DNA from: a virus
Lineage: Duplodnaviria > Caudoviricetes
Strand: one strand, 5' to 3'
DNA length: 28,098 nucleotides
IMG/VR virus record: IMGVR_UViG_3300032373_000089
Location: 1-28,098 of that record
The position numbers and the translations under genes are program-made. The notes below the pieces were generated by a model. It was given only the letters and a program-made list of their open reading frames with translations. It had not been told where the DNA came from and made no database searches. Below are positions 1 through 9,042 of this stretch, one piece after another. Every line of letters begins with the position of its first letter. Position 1 is the first letter of the stretch.

Positions 1-352
1 TCTTTTTTTGGACGTGTCTTGATGCCATCCAACCGGGGAATGCTGCGGCGCATAACGCTTCAACTGTTCCTGATAGTTCGATTCCTTCTATTTCAGCATA
101 AAATAAGAATCCTGTCATGCACGCAGCCCCGATAGGGCGAAGCAAACCCTTCATTATTTGATCTGATGCATAAGAAAGCTTCACAAGCGCATCAATGAAA
201 GGATATGTTTTTGCGTTAAGCATTGTTTCCATTTGCTTAAAGGTTATCTCCTGAACCTTAAAAGCGTATTCTGCCTTTTTGTCCTTATCTTCTATCATTT
301 TATCGCCTAATTTAAAAAGGCTCGGCAATACAGATGTAATTAACCCTATCAT
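1..352 (-). CDS. 3TM holin (GTA-type holin family), 3' end truncated by window
   Basis: Not in ORF track. Hand translation from ATG at 352 (SD AAGGAG): MIGLITSVLPSLFKLGDKMIEDKDKKAE...KGLLRPIGAACMTGFLFY...CAAAFPGWMASRHVQKK. The N-terminal 'DKMIEDKDKKAE', 'LRP' and hydrophobic C-terminal half resemble 3TM holins; it lies in the lysis module. Confidence 0.7.
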   Translation of the reverse strand, partial: MIGLITSVLPSLFKLGDKMIEDKDKKAEYAFKVQEITFKQMETMLNAKTYPFIDALVKLSYASDQIMKGLLRPIGAACMTGFLFYAEIEGIELSGTVEALCAAAFPGWMASRHVQKK

Positions 353-369
353 TTTGATTTCTCCTTAGT

Positions 370-735
370 TCATTGATTTCTCAACAACTCTTTAATACCG
401 GCGTTTGCCTCTGATACTTCTTTCTGAATCGGTGAAATAGCTCTATCTACAAAGTCTTTAACTTGTGTTTCGGTCATTCTGCTAGACATTATTTTCTGAA
501 TATCTCTATATACTTCAAGTCTGCTAGTCTCAGCCCTTTCCGCTGTATGGGCTATTTTTTCATATATCATGTTTATTTTTTCATCGCTTGATTTACTTTC
601 GCTGTCAATTCTTCGGTGTGCATCTTTAGCGTGCGCGTGTGTTCGTCCAATTAGCAATAAGCCCATCGTAGTGATTAGTCCTAGTGCCCATTTAATTAAT
701 GTTGGATCGTCCATAACTTGCCCCTTGTTTGGCAT
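370..735 (-). CDS. Single-TM membrane protein in lysis module (holin/antiholin-like)
   Basis: One hydrophobic helix (LIKWALGLITTMGLLLIG) followed by a charged helical tail. Lies between endolysin and holin. Alternative start ATG at 714. Confidence 0.55.
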   Translation of the reverse strand: MPNKGQVMDDPTLIKWALGLITTMGLLLIGRTHAHAKDAHRRIDSESKSSDEKINMIYEKIAHTAERAETSRLEVYRDIQKIMSSRMTETQVKDFVDRAISPIQKEVSEANAGIKELLRNQ

Positions 736-738
736 TGT

Positions 739-1284
739 TTAAACCTCTGATACACTATAAAGCATGTCTTTTAAAATTCCCATTTTGAAATGAGCGCCCG
801 GATCATATTTCTTTGAAACTTTGTAACCTTGATTTTTATCCTGAAAATATTTAACTCTATCAGGATATTTATCGCGCCATTCTGCCCGTACTTCGTCATG
901 GCCTTTTATCCAATCAAGCGAATAATTGTTAGCGGTCATATCTTTGGCAAGGACTTCGCCTAGCTTTAGTATTTGATCGTATTCATATTCCCACGCAGAG
1001 CCGCCTATTAACGCATACCCATTTGTGAAACTGTTACAATCTTCACGACCATTCATAATTGAATAGCCAGCGTGATACTGTTTAAAGTTTTCAGGCACTA
1101 ATTCGATATATTCGCCTTCGCGGGTTATTAATCCCTTATACGATAACCTAATATTTTTTAAAATATCAATAGCTGCATTCACATTAAACGGATCGTTAGG
1201 GTTTATATTTTTCGCGCTAATATAATGAACCACCGCACCATCTACGGAGATTCTATTTTTAGAGTAGCAATTAGATGGTAGCAT
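739..1284 (-). CDS. N-acetylmuramoyl-L-alanine amidase endolysin (Amidase_2, AmpD-like)
   Basis: VVHY, HAGYS..GREDCNSF, KGHDEV and KYDPG motifs match the Zn-amidase His/His/Asp ligand pattern of AmpD-type enzymes. Confidence 0.88.
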   Translation of the reverse strand: MLPSNCYSKNRISVDGAVVHYISAKNINPNDPFNVNAAIDILKNIRLSYKGLITREGEYIELVPENFKQYHAGYSIMNGREDCNSFTNGYALIGGSAWEYEYDQILKLGEVLAKDMTANNYSLDWIKGHDEVRAEWRDKYPDRVKYFQDKNQGYKVSKKYDPGAHFKMGILKDMLYSVSEV

Positions 1285-3197
1285 TATGAGTCTCTACTTA
1301 TTGCGATATGATTATATAGTCCGTTAGCGGCAGTATTTAGAGAGCCAGCATCGTTATGGAATACTTGCACTTTTATTTTATAGCCAAACTCCAAATAAAT
1401 TCTTTTAGAAATGCTGGCAAAAGCAGCCTGTGATGCCTTAGCTGTGACTATTCCGCTGATTGCCAAATCTGAATATCCTGCACCAGTATCTATTTGAAAC
1501 TTAATCTGAACATCTTTCGCATCTGCTACTCCGTCAAGCCTATATTGGGCGTACATATTGTATACTCCGGCGCTGTCACAAGTGAAAACACCTGTTGATG
1601 TGCTGTACTCACTTCTTTGATTATCTTGGCTAGAATTAAATATAAAGTCTGTCCATGTTGATGCAGCTAATGCCAAGGCTGTGGTCTTTGTTACGGCGCA
1701 CCCGCTTTGTCCAGTGTTCGATGGAGCATAAACTACATGGTGACTAACAGACCCTTTAAATGACGCGTCCCTTGTTGCAGACGCAAAATCCTTCATTACA
1801 TAAGCACCACCAGAAACAGATATGTTTCTGTATGTTCCGTGAGGCGTACCACCATCAGAATGTACTAAGCTTTGTCCGGTTGCTAAGTTGTTTACAAAAA
1901 TGTTTGAGAAATCGACAGGGTACTCATTACCCGCGCCAGACGCATGTTCTAAATAGAATAACGAAACTTCTTCGCCGGTTGTAAAATCGCCGTAAGTCGT
2001 GGTAACTAATGGGGTGTTGATTTCTATTCTAGCAGAATCCGCCTCAAGCCTGATTGGTGTAGCAACGTGTGATTGCTGGATAATCCTTAATACACCTAGT
2101 CCCCAGTTAGCCGGAGAGCTTCTTCCTGCGTGCGGTGTGTTGTCATACGTGAAATTAGTTATACGCAAAGGCCGACTATCAGAACCGGCCAGCGTAACCA
2201 TTCTTATTCCATACCCGCCAATACCATCAAATCTAACCTTATCCAAAGACCAGTTCACAAGCGCAACAGTAGATTCACAATAAATGGCATTATAAGTACT
2301 GTGAGCGAATTGTAAGTTATTCCAATCGACCAATAAGTCTAACGTGCTTGTCATTCTTACGCAATTATCCGCAAAGGTAACGCCATCACTATTATTTGCT
2401 AGTATCCCCATGTTTTGGAAATTAGAAAATGACTGGCTTTCAAACTTAATAACATAACTACCAGAACCACCAGCACCGTTATATTGTAATTGTGACATAT
2501 TCTCGACGTCACCAATCAACCCAACATGCTGCCCGATTGTTACAGAGTTTACTTGTGCTTTGCTAGATGATGGAGGGAAATAAAGATTGCCGCCACCTAA
2601 CGCTTTGACTGTAGTTGATGCTTGTTGTAGCGCGGCTGAATCATCCGTTGTGCCGTCTAGCGCCATGCCAAACCATTTAACATTGTAATAACCTAAAAAG
2701 TCTCTTTCTATCCCTATAGTCCCATCACCACCAGCAGGAATAAACACAGTGCCGCAATATGAACCGCCATTGTCTGAGTAAGTGCCGGGCGTGGCGTTGT
2801 ATCTTATTGTAAACTCACCCCCATCAGCCGATGTTACAAATAACTTCCTGCCAGCATCAAGCGAGGTAAAGGACAATGCCGCCGCCGCTGCTTTTGTCGC
2901 TGCTGTTATAGCGGCAGATCCTTCGATGGTTGTTACGTCATCAATCGTAAAAATATCAGATAGATCGGAATTTTGAATTTTTAGTGTTAAAGCACCGGTG
3001 TATTTAACGTCACCCGCTATCCTACCGTAAGCATCTAGAGTATAAGGATTTGATTGCGCAACCGTTAGCAATTCATCTGAATAAATCGAAGCGGCTGTTG
3101 TTGTTTTATTTTCGTAAAACGTAATAAATCCTCCCGCTCTTACTGCGCCAGTTGAATCACGGAAAGTTTGGTATGGGTTTATGACGTTATATGACAT
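1284..3197 (-). CDS. Tailspike / receptor-binding protein (head-binding N-term, beta-helix, C1q-like C-term)
   Basis: N-terminal virion-attachment region (GGFITFYE...NPYTLDAYGRI). Pectate-lyase-type start YNVKWFG..DGTTDDSAALQQA..GGNLYFPP. C-terminal YSTSTGVFTCDSAGVY resembles C1q. Confidence 0.85.
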   Translation of the reverse strand: MSYNVINPYQTFRDSTGAVRAGGFITFYENKTTTAASIYSDELLTVAQSNPYTLDAYGRIAGDVKYTGALTLKIQNSDLSDIFTIDDVTTIEGSAAITAATKAAAAALSFTSLDAGRKLFVTSADGGEFTIRYNATPGTYSDNGGSYCGTVFIPAGGDGTIGIERDFLGYYNVKWFGMALDGTTDDSAALQQASTTVKALGGGNLYFPPSSSKAQVNSVTIGQHVGLIGDVENMSQLQYNGAGGSGSYVIKFESQSFSNFQNMGILANNSDGVTFADNCVRMTSTLDLLVDWNNLQFAHSTYNAIYCESTVALVNWSLDKVRFDGIGGYGIRMVTLAGSDSRPLRITNFTYDNTPHAGRSSPANWGLGVLRIIQQSHVATPIRLEADSARIEINTPLVTTTYGDFTTGEEVSLFYLEHASGAGNEYPVDFSNIFVNNLATGQSLVHSDGGTPHGTYRNISVSGGAYVMKDFASATRDASFKGSVSHHVVYAPSNTGQSGCAVTKTTALALAASTWTDFIFNSSQDNQRSEYSTSTGVFTCDSAGVYNMYAQYRLDGVADAKDVQIKFQIDTGAGYSDLAISGIVTAKASQAAFASISKRIYLEFGYKIKVQVFHNDAGSLNTAANGLYNHIAISRDS

Positions 3198-3206
3198 TGT
3201 TTTTTC

Positions 3207-5039
3207 CTATTTTAATAAATCTGACATTGACTCAAATGCGTTAAAATCATTGATGCCGCGTAACTTTTCGGCACCTTTTGCAACAGCTTCAACAGCTTGC
3301 TCCCTTAATGGCGCACCAACACCTTCACGACTTGCTTGTTTAATACTTTGCGTTATCTGTCCGGCAAATCCTGTTTTTGCTGGTGTTCCAAATCTGTCAT
3401 TGAGCGCATCGGAAAACATAACCAAGTCCTTCACGTTATCGTTAAACTTTCCGCCTAATGCGCTCGCAGTGTCGTCAATTGTATTTAGCGCATTTTCTAG
3501 TTTAACCCGCCCAACCTGATTACTCATCAACGCGCGCATTTTTGTGCCAACAGCCTTATCCGCGCCTTTTCCAAAGAGATCAATTGTTCCTATGGCATCG
3601 TCCATTTCATCCAGTGCGCCTAGCGATTGCGATAATGTGTCGTTTACCCTTGCATAGTCTGGGCTAACTTCTCGAACCGAATCATTCAATGCGGCGCGTA
3701 TTTTTTTAGCTACTTTCTTCCCTGCGTCCGTCAACCCAGTTGCTGACTTCTTGCGAAAATCAAGCATATTGTCCAGCTGCTTTTTTAATTTATGTGCTCT
3801 TAATGCATCGGGTGCACCGCCTTCACCCAGTAGGTCGATCACATCCTTAATCACGCGCTGTGATGTTCTGTCCTTTGCTATTTGCGATCCTTTGAATATT
3901 GGCGTAGGTACACCGTTTCCAGTCAAGCTAACATCTAAATCATCGAGCGCGTCTTCCATTGCATTTACTATTATCTTGCTGTTTATTGGTTTACCGGGTA
4001 AATCTGTTCTTGCGATATTGTTTAATTCCTTTCTGGCTGTCGAAGCGGTATCTCTAATATGTTTAACCCTTTTAGTTACCGCGTCACCAACTACGTTAGA
4101 AGGGCGTACATCAACCCCTTTGCGCGCCTCTTTTTTAACTTGGCGCATAATATCAACCATTTTACCCATCTTTGCTTTTGTTGCTGGGTTGGCTGCTTTA
4201 ACGGATTGTATGACGCCGGGGTCAAATCCTTGCCGAATCGCTTCTTTAGCTATTTTGTCAACTTCTACTTGATTACCTATAACCTTTAATGGCGCTAAAG
4301 CATCTTGTCTGCTTCCAGATTTGATTTCTTGTATAAGAACCTGTTCCGAAGGCAATGGCTTTTTACCGCCTAAAATAGTTGGGTCTGCTTTTTTTGGAAT
4401 CAGCTTTTTTGCTTCAGGAGAAAGCAGGTCGTAATCAAGACCCTGTTTATCTAAAGCTTTGCGAAGCTTTTTTGTCGGCCTACCAATATCGTCAATCAGT
4501 TTTGTACCTTTACGCAGTTTTTGTATTCCTTTTAGCCCTATGAATTCTAATGCAGCGATTGGCGCTGTGTATGCTGCCGCTGCTAGTTCTGGCGATCCTG
4601 TTAGCTCCATAGTGAAATCTCCTAGCGCCCTAGGAACGGACTCCACAGCTTCCGCAATGGGCGCGGCGGCGGTTGCTATACCCGACAACGTTTCTTTCCC
4701 TGCCTCTGACTTTGGCTCATAAGTCATTGCTTTTCTTGTTTCTTCAATTGTCTGCGTTGCTTCTTCTGCTGATCCGCCCGTCAATACGTCTCCTAAACCA
4801 GCAAGACCAGACACAGGTTCAGCAATCGCACCTGTTACCATGGTTAAAGCGACCTCTGGCATACCCGCACCCATTGCGCGCGCTTGTTCTGGTGGTATTT
4901 GGCCTTGTCCAGCGAATAGCGGTGCTTCTGGTTGAGCTATTAACTCCTCGATCTTATCCATTGCAGCCATAGCAGTGGCTTGATCGCCCATGCTGTCAGC
5001 CTCAATTGCAAGCTGTTTTAGTTCGTCAATACGACTCAT
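3207..5039 (-). CDS. DNA ejection/internal virion protein (P22 gp16-like position)
   Basis: 610-aa Ala/Lys-rich helical protein; third of three consecutive helical genes before the tailspike, as in P22 genes 7-20-16. Call rests mainly on synteny. Confidence 0.65.
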   Translation of the reverse strand: MSRIDELKQLAIEADSMGDQATAMAAMDKIEELIAQPEAPLFAGQGQIPPEQARAMGAGMPEVALTMVTGAIAEPVSGLAGLGDVLTGGSAEEATQTIEETRKAMTYEPKSEAGKETLSGIATAAAPIAEAVESVPRALGDFTMELTGSPELAAAAYTAPIAALEFIGLKGIQKLRKGTKLIDDIGRPTKKLRKALDKQGLDYDLLSPEAKKLIPKKADPTILGGKKPLPSEQVLIQEIKSGSRQDALAPLKVIGNQVEVDKIAKEAIRQGFDPGVIQSVKAANPATKAKMGKMVDIMRQVKKEARKGVDVRPSNVVGDAVTKRVKHIRDTASTARKELNNIARTDLPGKPINSKIIVNAMEDALDDLDVSLTGNGVPTPIFKGSQIAKDRTSQRVIKDVIDLLGEGGAPDALRAHKLKKQLDNMLDFRKKSATGLTDAGKKVAKKIRAALNDSVREVSPDYARVNDTLSQSLGALDEMDDAIGTIDLFGKGADKAVGTKMRALMSNQVGRVKLENALNTIDDTASALGGKFNDNVKDLVMFSDALNDRFGTPAKTGFAGQITQSIKQASREGVGAPLREQAVEAVAKGAEKLRGINDFNAFESMSDLLK

Positions 5040-6157
5040 TTTAATAACCGCGCTTTTCGCTGCTCGTATGTTTCTTGTTCGGCGGGTGCTTTTTCATCAG
5101 TATCTTTTTCACCTACGAATTGCTGTGTTCTTTTTTGTCTTAAAAAATCAGCAACAGTATTGCCCGGCGTACCTAAGAAAATAGCCGCTTCTTCAAGATA
5201 ATTAGCAAGTTTCATTTGGGCTTCTCTTTTATCCTTCATCCACTTTGAAAGCTGCTCTGGGTTTAATCCTTGCGGCATAGTTGAATCTAAAGCAAATTTT
5301 AGTTCTTGCTCAGATAAGGAGCCAAAAGTTGTATTCTGGATAACATTTAAACCTAAGTTATCCTGAATATTATCCAGTTTTACGGTCGCAGCCTTAAAGG
5401 ACGGGAACATTTTTTCTATAGGTCCTGTATTTGCACCTTCTTCTTCCAGAAGTTTTATACCTTCATCATAAAGAGATATGTTTTTTCTGGCTCCAGCCAT
5501 TCCCTCAAATGCTTTTATAGACTGCTTTATTGCACCAGATGCAGCGCCACGCTCACCAGCTCTCAGCCCTTGTAATTCTGCTCCGCGTTCTTCTGCTTCC
5601 TTTATTTTGTCGATGTTTTCTTGCTCTGGCTCAACAGTACGCACTTCGCCTGATTTCATAACTTGCTGTACTAAACCGCCCGGCAATATTTTAGAAGACT
5701 GAACTTCATCACGCTTTTCAGCTGGCGCGGTTAATTTCTTTGCTAGATTGAAATCTTCTTCATCAAAAACTTCATCTTCACCAACTTGCGCCATTATTTC
5801 AGGATAGTTTTGAGCAATAGCGGGTATGCGTGAATCTGCGTATTTTTTAGCATCTTCAAATGAATCAAACTTTGCGATATTTTCCATAATATCGTTATAT
5901 TCTTTGGTGAATTGCGTGCGTTTTTGTAAAGACTTTTGTTCTTCGGCCTGTTTTCTTTGTGCAGCACTTGCTTGAATCTTTGCGCCCAGCTCTGGGTTAA
6001 CCTGCATTAACTCATCCATAGCTTTTGGATCTCCCATGTAAGCACTTCCAGCCAATGCATCTTGTTGTTGTTTTTGCTGCCTTAATCCTCTGGCTTCAAG
6101 GCCTCTGCCAATAGCTTGCCCTGCTTGCGATAAGAAAGGCGTGTAATATTGAGCCAT
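5036..6157 (-). CDS. DNA ejection/transfer protein (P22 gp20-like position)
   Basis: 373 aa, Gln-rich helical N-terminus, C-terminal 'LNVIQNTTFGSLSEQELKFA' segment; synteny. Confidence 0.65.
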   Translation of the reverse strand: MAQYYTPFLSQAGQAIGRGLEARGLRQQKQQQDALAGSAYMGDPKAMDELMQVNPELGAKIQASAAQRKQAEEQKSLQKRTQFTKEYNDIMENIAKFDSFEDAKKYADSRIPAIAQNYPEIMAQVGEDEVFDEEDFNLAKKLTAPAEKRDEVQSSKILPGGLVQQVMKSGEVRTVEPEQENIDKIKEAEERGAELQGLRAGERGAASGAIKQSIKAFEGMAGARKNISLYDEGIKLLEEEGANTGPIEKMFPSFKAATVKLDNIQDNLGLNVIQNTTFGSLSEQELKFALDSTMPQGLNPEQLSKWMKDKREAQMKLANYLEEAAIFLGTPGNTVADFLRQKRTQQFVGEKDTDEKAPAEQETYEQRKARLLK

Positions 6158-6975
6158 TATATATATCCTCCTGCTAATGCTCCGCCAAATAATGAAGCTC
6201 CACCCGACAATAGATCGCCAAATGCGGCTTGTTCTGCTTGAGCGCCACCCATCCTGTAGTCAGCCGCAGTCCTAGCGCCACTAGTTAGCGCTTGCCCAGC
6301 AGCACTTGTTCCTGCTGTCATATATCCTGATGCGGCTTGCTGGGCGGCTATGTCTTGTTGCCCCATAGTAGCTGCTTGTCCAACACCTAAAGAGGCAAGA
6401 TTTGTAGCAACTTGAGGACTGCCTAAACTAGAAAGCATATTCATATAATTTGTATAAAACTGGCTTTGTGTTGCACCACTAACATCTGCGGCCTCTTTAA
6501 GCCTTGCGCCTGAATATAGCGATCCAGACGTTGCGGCGGCTTGTTGTGCACCAGCTTGCCTTTCTTGTTGCAGCGCTTTGTACCCGGGTGTCTCCATATA
6601 GGCAGTTCCAGCTTCACCGGGAGCAAGACCCATTTCTATCATTTGCTGTTCTCTGGCTACTCTTGCATCACCGAGATATGGATCTAAATAACCTTTAGCC
6701 TCACCATATCTTTCTATGTTTAGTTGTCGCGCTTTTTCGGCTGTTTCAAGTTGCGCTTCTGATGCTATTTTTGCAGCCTCAAGCTGTGCGTCTGCAACAT
6801 ATTTTGATGTTTCAGAAGTTTGTTGTGCGGAGGCTTCTGCGGAACCTTTTATCTTTTTCCCGCTATCTAAGGAATCGCCTATTAATCCTCCAACCAATGC
6901 GCCGCCTATTACTGAGCCCATAGGCCCGCCAACAATGGCTCCGCCTACCGCACCTATTGTGCCTAAAAGTCCCAT
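6157..6975 (-). CDS. DNA ejection/pilot protein (P22 gp7-like)
   Basis: Gly/Ala-rich termini, A/Q-rich helix, 'YLDPY' and 'TPGY...AAATSGSLYSGARLK' motifs typical of gp7-like proteins. Confidence 0.75.
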   Translation of the reverse strand: MGLLGTIGAVGGAIVGGPMGSVIGGALVGGLIGDSLDSGKKIKGSAEASAQQTSETSKYVADAQLEAAKIASEAQLETAEKARQLNIERYGEAKGYLDPYLGDARVAREQQMIEMGLAPGEAGTAYMETPGYKALQQERQAGAQQAAATSGSLYSGARLKEAADVSGATQSQFYTNYMNMLSSLGSPQVATNLASLGVGQAATMGQQDIAAQQAASGYMTAGTSAAGQALTSGARTAADYRMGGAQAEQAAFGDLLSGGASLFGGALAGGYI

Positions 6976-6984
6976 AACGCTATC

Positions 6985-7338
6985 CTATGTGTCCGAGTAA
7001 ATTTCTTTAATGGTCATACTTAAATTTAAGTTACTTGCCAAGCTTGCTATACTGCTTATAAAGTCACCTGTCTTAATTGCTCGACCGACTAACGGTGTTA
7101 ACGGGTCTGTCCTTCCTGCAAAGATAACTTTAGGCGGGAAATATTGATTAGTTACCGCAACAGCACCGCCGGACTGAACGATGTTAATCGTCAGCTCTGT
7201 GTCCGTTGCGCCTTCATTCGCACAGTTGCCATAAACGATATGCGCGCTCTCAAAATTAGAGGCAGACGGTGCAGTATAAACCGTGACATTACTCGCGGTT
7301 ACTTGTTCTTGTACTACATCTACATAAACTATTGACAT
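6985..7338 (-). CDS. Small beta-rich putative virion protein
   Basis: 117 aa, 'VYTAP...GDFISSIAS' beta-strand pattern, within the tail operon. Confidence 0.55.
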   Translation of the reverse strand: MSIVYVDVVQEQVTASNVTVYTAPSASNFESAHIVYGNCANEGATDTELTINIVQSGGAVAVTNQYFPPKVIFAGRTDPLTPLVGRAIKTGDFISSIASLASNLNLSMTIKEIYSDT

Positions 7339-7347
7339 GTTTTCACC

Positions 7348-7767
7348 TTACGCATCGAAGTAATACCCCATCATTGTTAAATAAACATCGTTATCGTCTG
7401 TCTTTGCGTTTAAAAAAACACCTTCCGGCAATTCAAGATTAAGACCTGTTATATCTCTTGATGCATACTTAGGCAGCTCAATCTCTAGAACAGTGCTAAC
7501 CGCCGTTAATGAGTTTATAGCTGTCGAAGTGTAAACCGTTATCGTTGCATCATTTACACCGACATTTTTATTCGCATAAACAAGTATATTTTGCAGTAGC
7601 ATCTTTTTTCCGGTCATCGGAACAGCATAATTATAAGCCGTATTTATTGTATCTATTTTCCAATGTGCCGACTGATTATTGCTGAGAGGCGCAACAATAA
7701 GCTCACCATTCTTCGTAATAGCCGCCTGATTAGAAGTTGCAGAATCTTGTAATACAGCTGTTATCAT
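7348..7767 (-). CDS. Putative virion protein (paralog 3 of triplet)
   Basis: 139 aa. N-terminal LQDSATSNQAAITKNGELIV weakly resembles the two upstream ORFs. ATGA coupling. Confidence 0.6.
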   Translation of the reverse strand: MITAVLQDSATSNQAAITKNGELIVAPLSNNQSAHWKIDTINTAYNYAVPMTGKKMLLQNILVYANKNVGVNDATITVYTSTAINSLTAVSTVLEIELPKYASRDITGLNLELPEGVFLNAKTDDNDVYLTMMGYYFDA

Positions 7768-8312
7768 GGAAGCTCTACCAAACTAACTACACCGGATAAA
7801 ATGCCTGTAGCGGTATCCCACATTAATGCCATGGCTTGACCGGGTGCAATAATAATATTTGAGCTAGTACTTAAATGATAAAGCGTGTCTACCACTGGGC
7901 AATTAATCCAAAAAATAACGCCTTCATTAGTAAGTCCTGTCACGTCTGTGTCTGTCTTTATTGTTGCGGTAGGTGTAGCAGACCCGCCTAAATAACGATT
8001 CACAGGCGAAATATCTACACCAGCCGTATGAACAGCTGTTCCAGAAACATGATGAACCTCAACAACTCCGGCAACGGTGCTTTCAACTCTTACGTCTGTT
8101 ACCGCTAAATCCTTCGTACCTGTGTTTCTGATATAAACAAAATAGTCATCCGCACCAACTGGATCTATTCCTTCAAAAGGTAAAGACCATACCTTATGAT
8201 CTATTCTGTTTACATTGCGGTCGACTGTCTCTTGGACAGAAATAACTTTCAGCCTGTGATTGCTGTCAACACCAGCCCAAGGGCCATTACCTTCACCGTC
8301 TAGCAATCTCAT
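7764..8312 (-). CDS. Putative virion protein (paralog 2 of triplet)
   Basis: 182 aa. LLDGEGNGPWAGVDSNHRL, VYIRNTGTKDL and VDISPVNRYLGGS align by eye to 8309-8902. Confidence 0.65.
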   Translation of the reverse strand: MRLLDGEGNGPWAGVDSNHRLKVISVQETVDRNVNRIDHKVWSLPFEGIDPVGADDYFVYIRNTGTKDLAVTDVRVESTVAGVVEVHHVSGTAVHTAGVDISPVNRYLGGSATPTATIKTDTDVTGLTNEGVIFWINCPVVDTLYHLSTSSNIIIAPGQAMALMWDTATGILSGVVSLVELP

Positions 8313-8902
8313 TGATTAGCTCCTCTTATATAACAAACTAAAGCTACATATACATCCATCGACGTATTGCCAGCCTGAGGGTCTATTTTTATGCCGATTG
8401 ATTTTGTTTTTGGTAAAATCTCATCGACTGTGAAAAAAGCCCTTCCGTTTGCAGTTTGAAAAGAAATAATATGCTCTGTACCGTCTGTAAAGGTCATTGC
8501 TGTACCGTCACCCTTGTATGCGTCTGCTGATAAAATATTAGAGCTACCGAAGTTTCTATTTGACGAAATATCTACCGCTGTAGCGCCCGACACAATTGTT
8601 CCGGCGGTTGGGTTTCTTACCATTGTTATCTTAGGTATGCCGCCGCTGCCGCCCGTGCTTGGCCCCATTCCGACAACGATAGCACTGATATTTAAGCCCT
8701 TTTCCTCATTGTTTTTAACATACAAAACCGCAGAATCATTCGCCGTTGTTAGTGTGACAACACCCGTATTGATATTGTATGAATCACCTAAATCTGTCGA
8801 GTCATGGTGCTCGGTTAAAGATACAGATCGAGTATGAAGCCTCTTATTTAGATCTACTTTAGCTGTATAGCTGTCGCCTGAGCCGTCTTCAATAGTACTC
8901 AT
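8309..8902 (-). CDS. Putative virion protein (paralog 1 of triplet)
   Basis: 197 aa with IEDGSGDSYTAKVDLNKRL, LYVKNNEEKGL and VDISSNRNFGSS segments. Confidence 0.65.
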   Translation of the reverse strand: MSTIEDGSGDSYTAKVDLNKRLHTRSVSLTEHHDSTDLGDSYNINTGVVTLTTANDSAVLYVKNNEEKGLNISAIVVGMGPSTGGSGGIPKITMVRNPTAGTIVSGATAVDISSNRNFGSSNILSADAYKGDGTAMTFTDGTEHIISFQTANGRAFFTVDEILPKTKSIGIKIDPQAGNTSMDVYVALVCYIRGANQ

Positions 8903-9042
8903 TCTTCTATATCCTCTTTTACAATATCCGCTTCAAATGCTTCTCTTAGTATCATATTCATAACCTTTAACTGGTCGCTAATTTCTTTAAGCTCATTTCT
9001 AACAAAAACCTCATGATCAACCGGCTCGGCTTCAATGCTCAT
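8899..9042 (-). CDS. 47-aa acidic helical protein
   Basis: Not in track. MSIEAEPVDHEVFVRNELKEISDQLKVMNMILREAFEADIVKEDIEE fills the gap exactly, with ATGA overlaps at both ends. Confidence 0.7.
   Translation of the reverse strand: MSIEAEPVDHEVFVRNELKEISDQLKVMNMILREAFEADIVKEDIEE

Noticed and set aside
370-735. Rz/Rz1 spanin pair
   Set aside because: No embedded lipoprotein ORF was found (alternate-frame ATGs hit stops quickly), and charge distribution suggests N-out topology.
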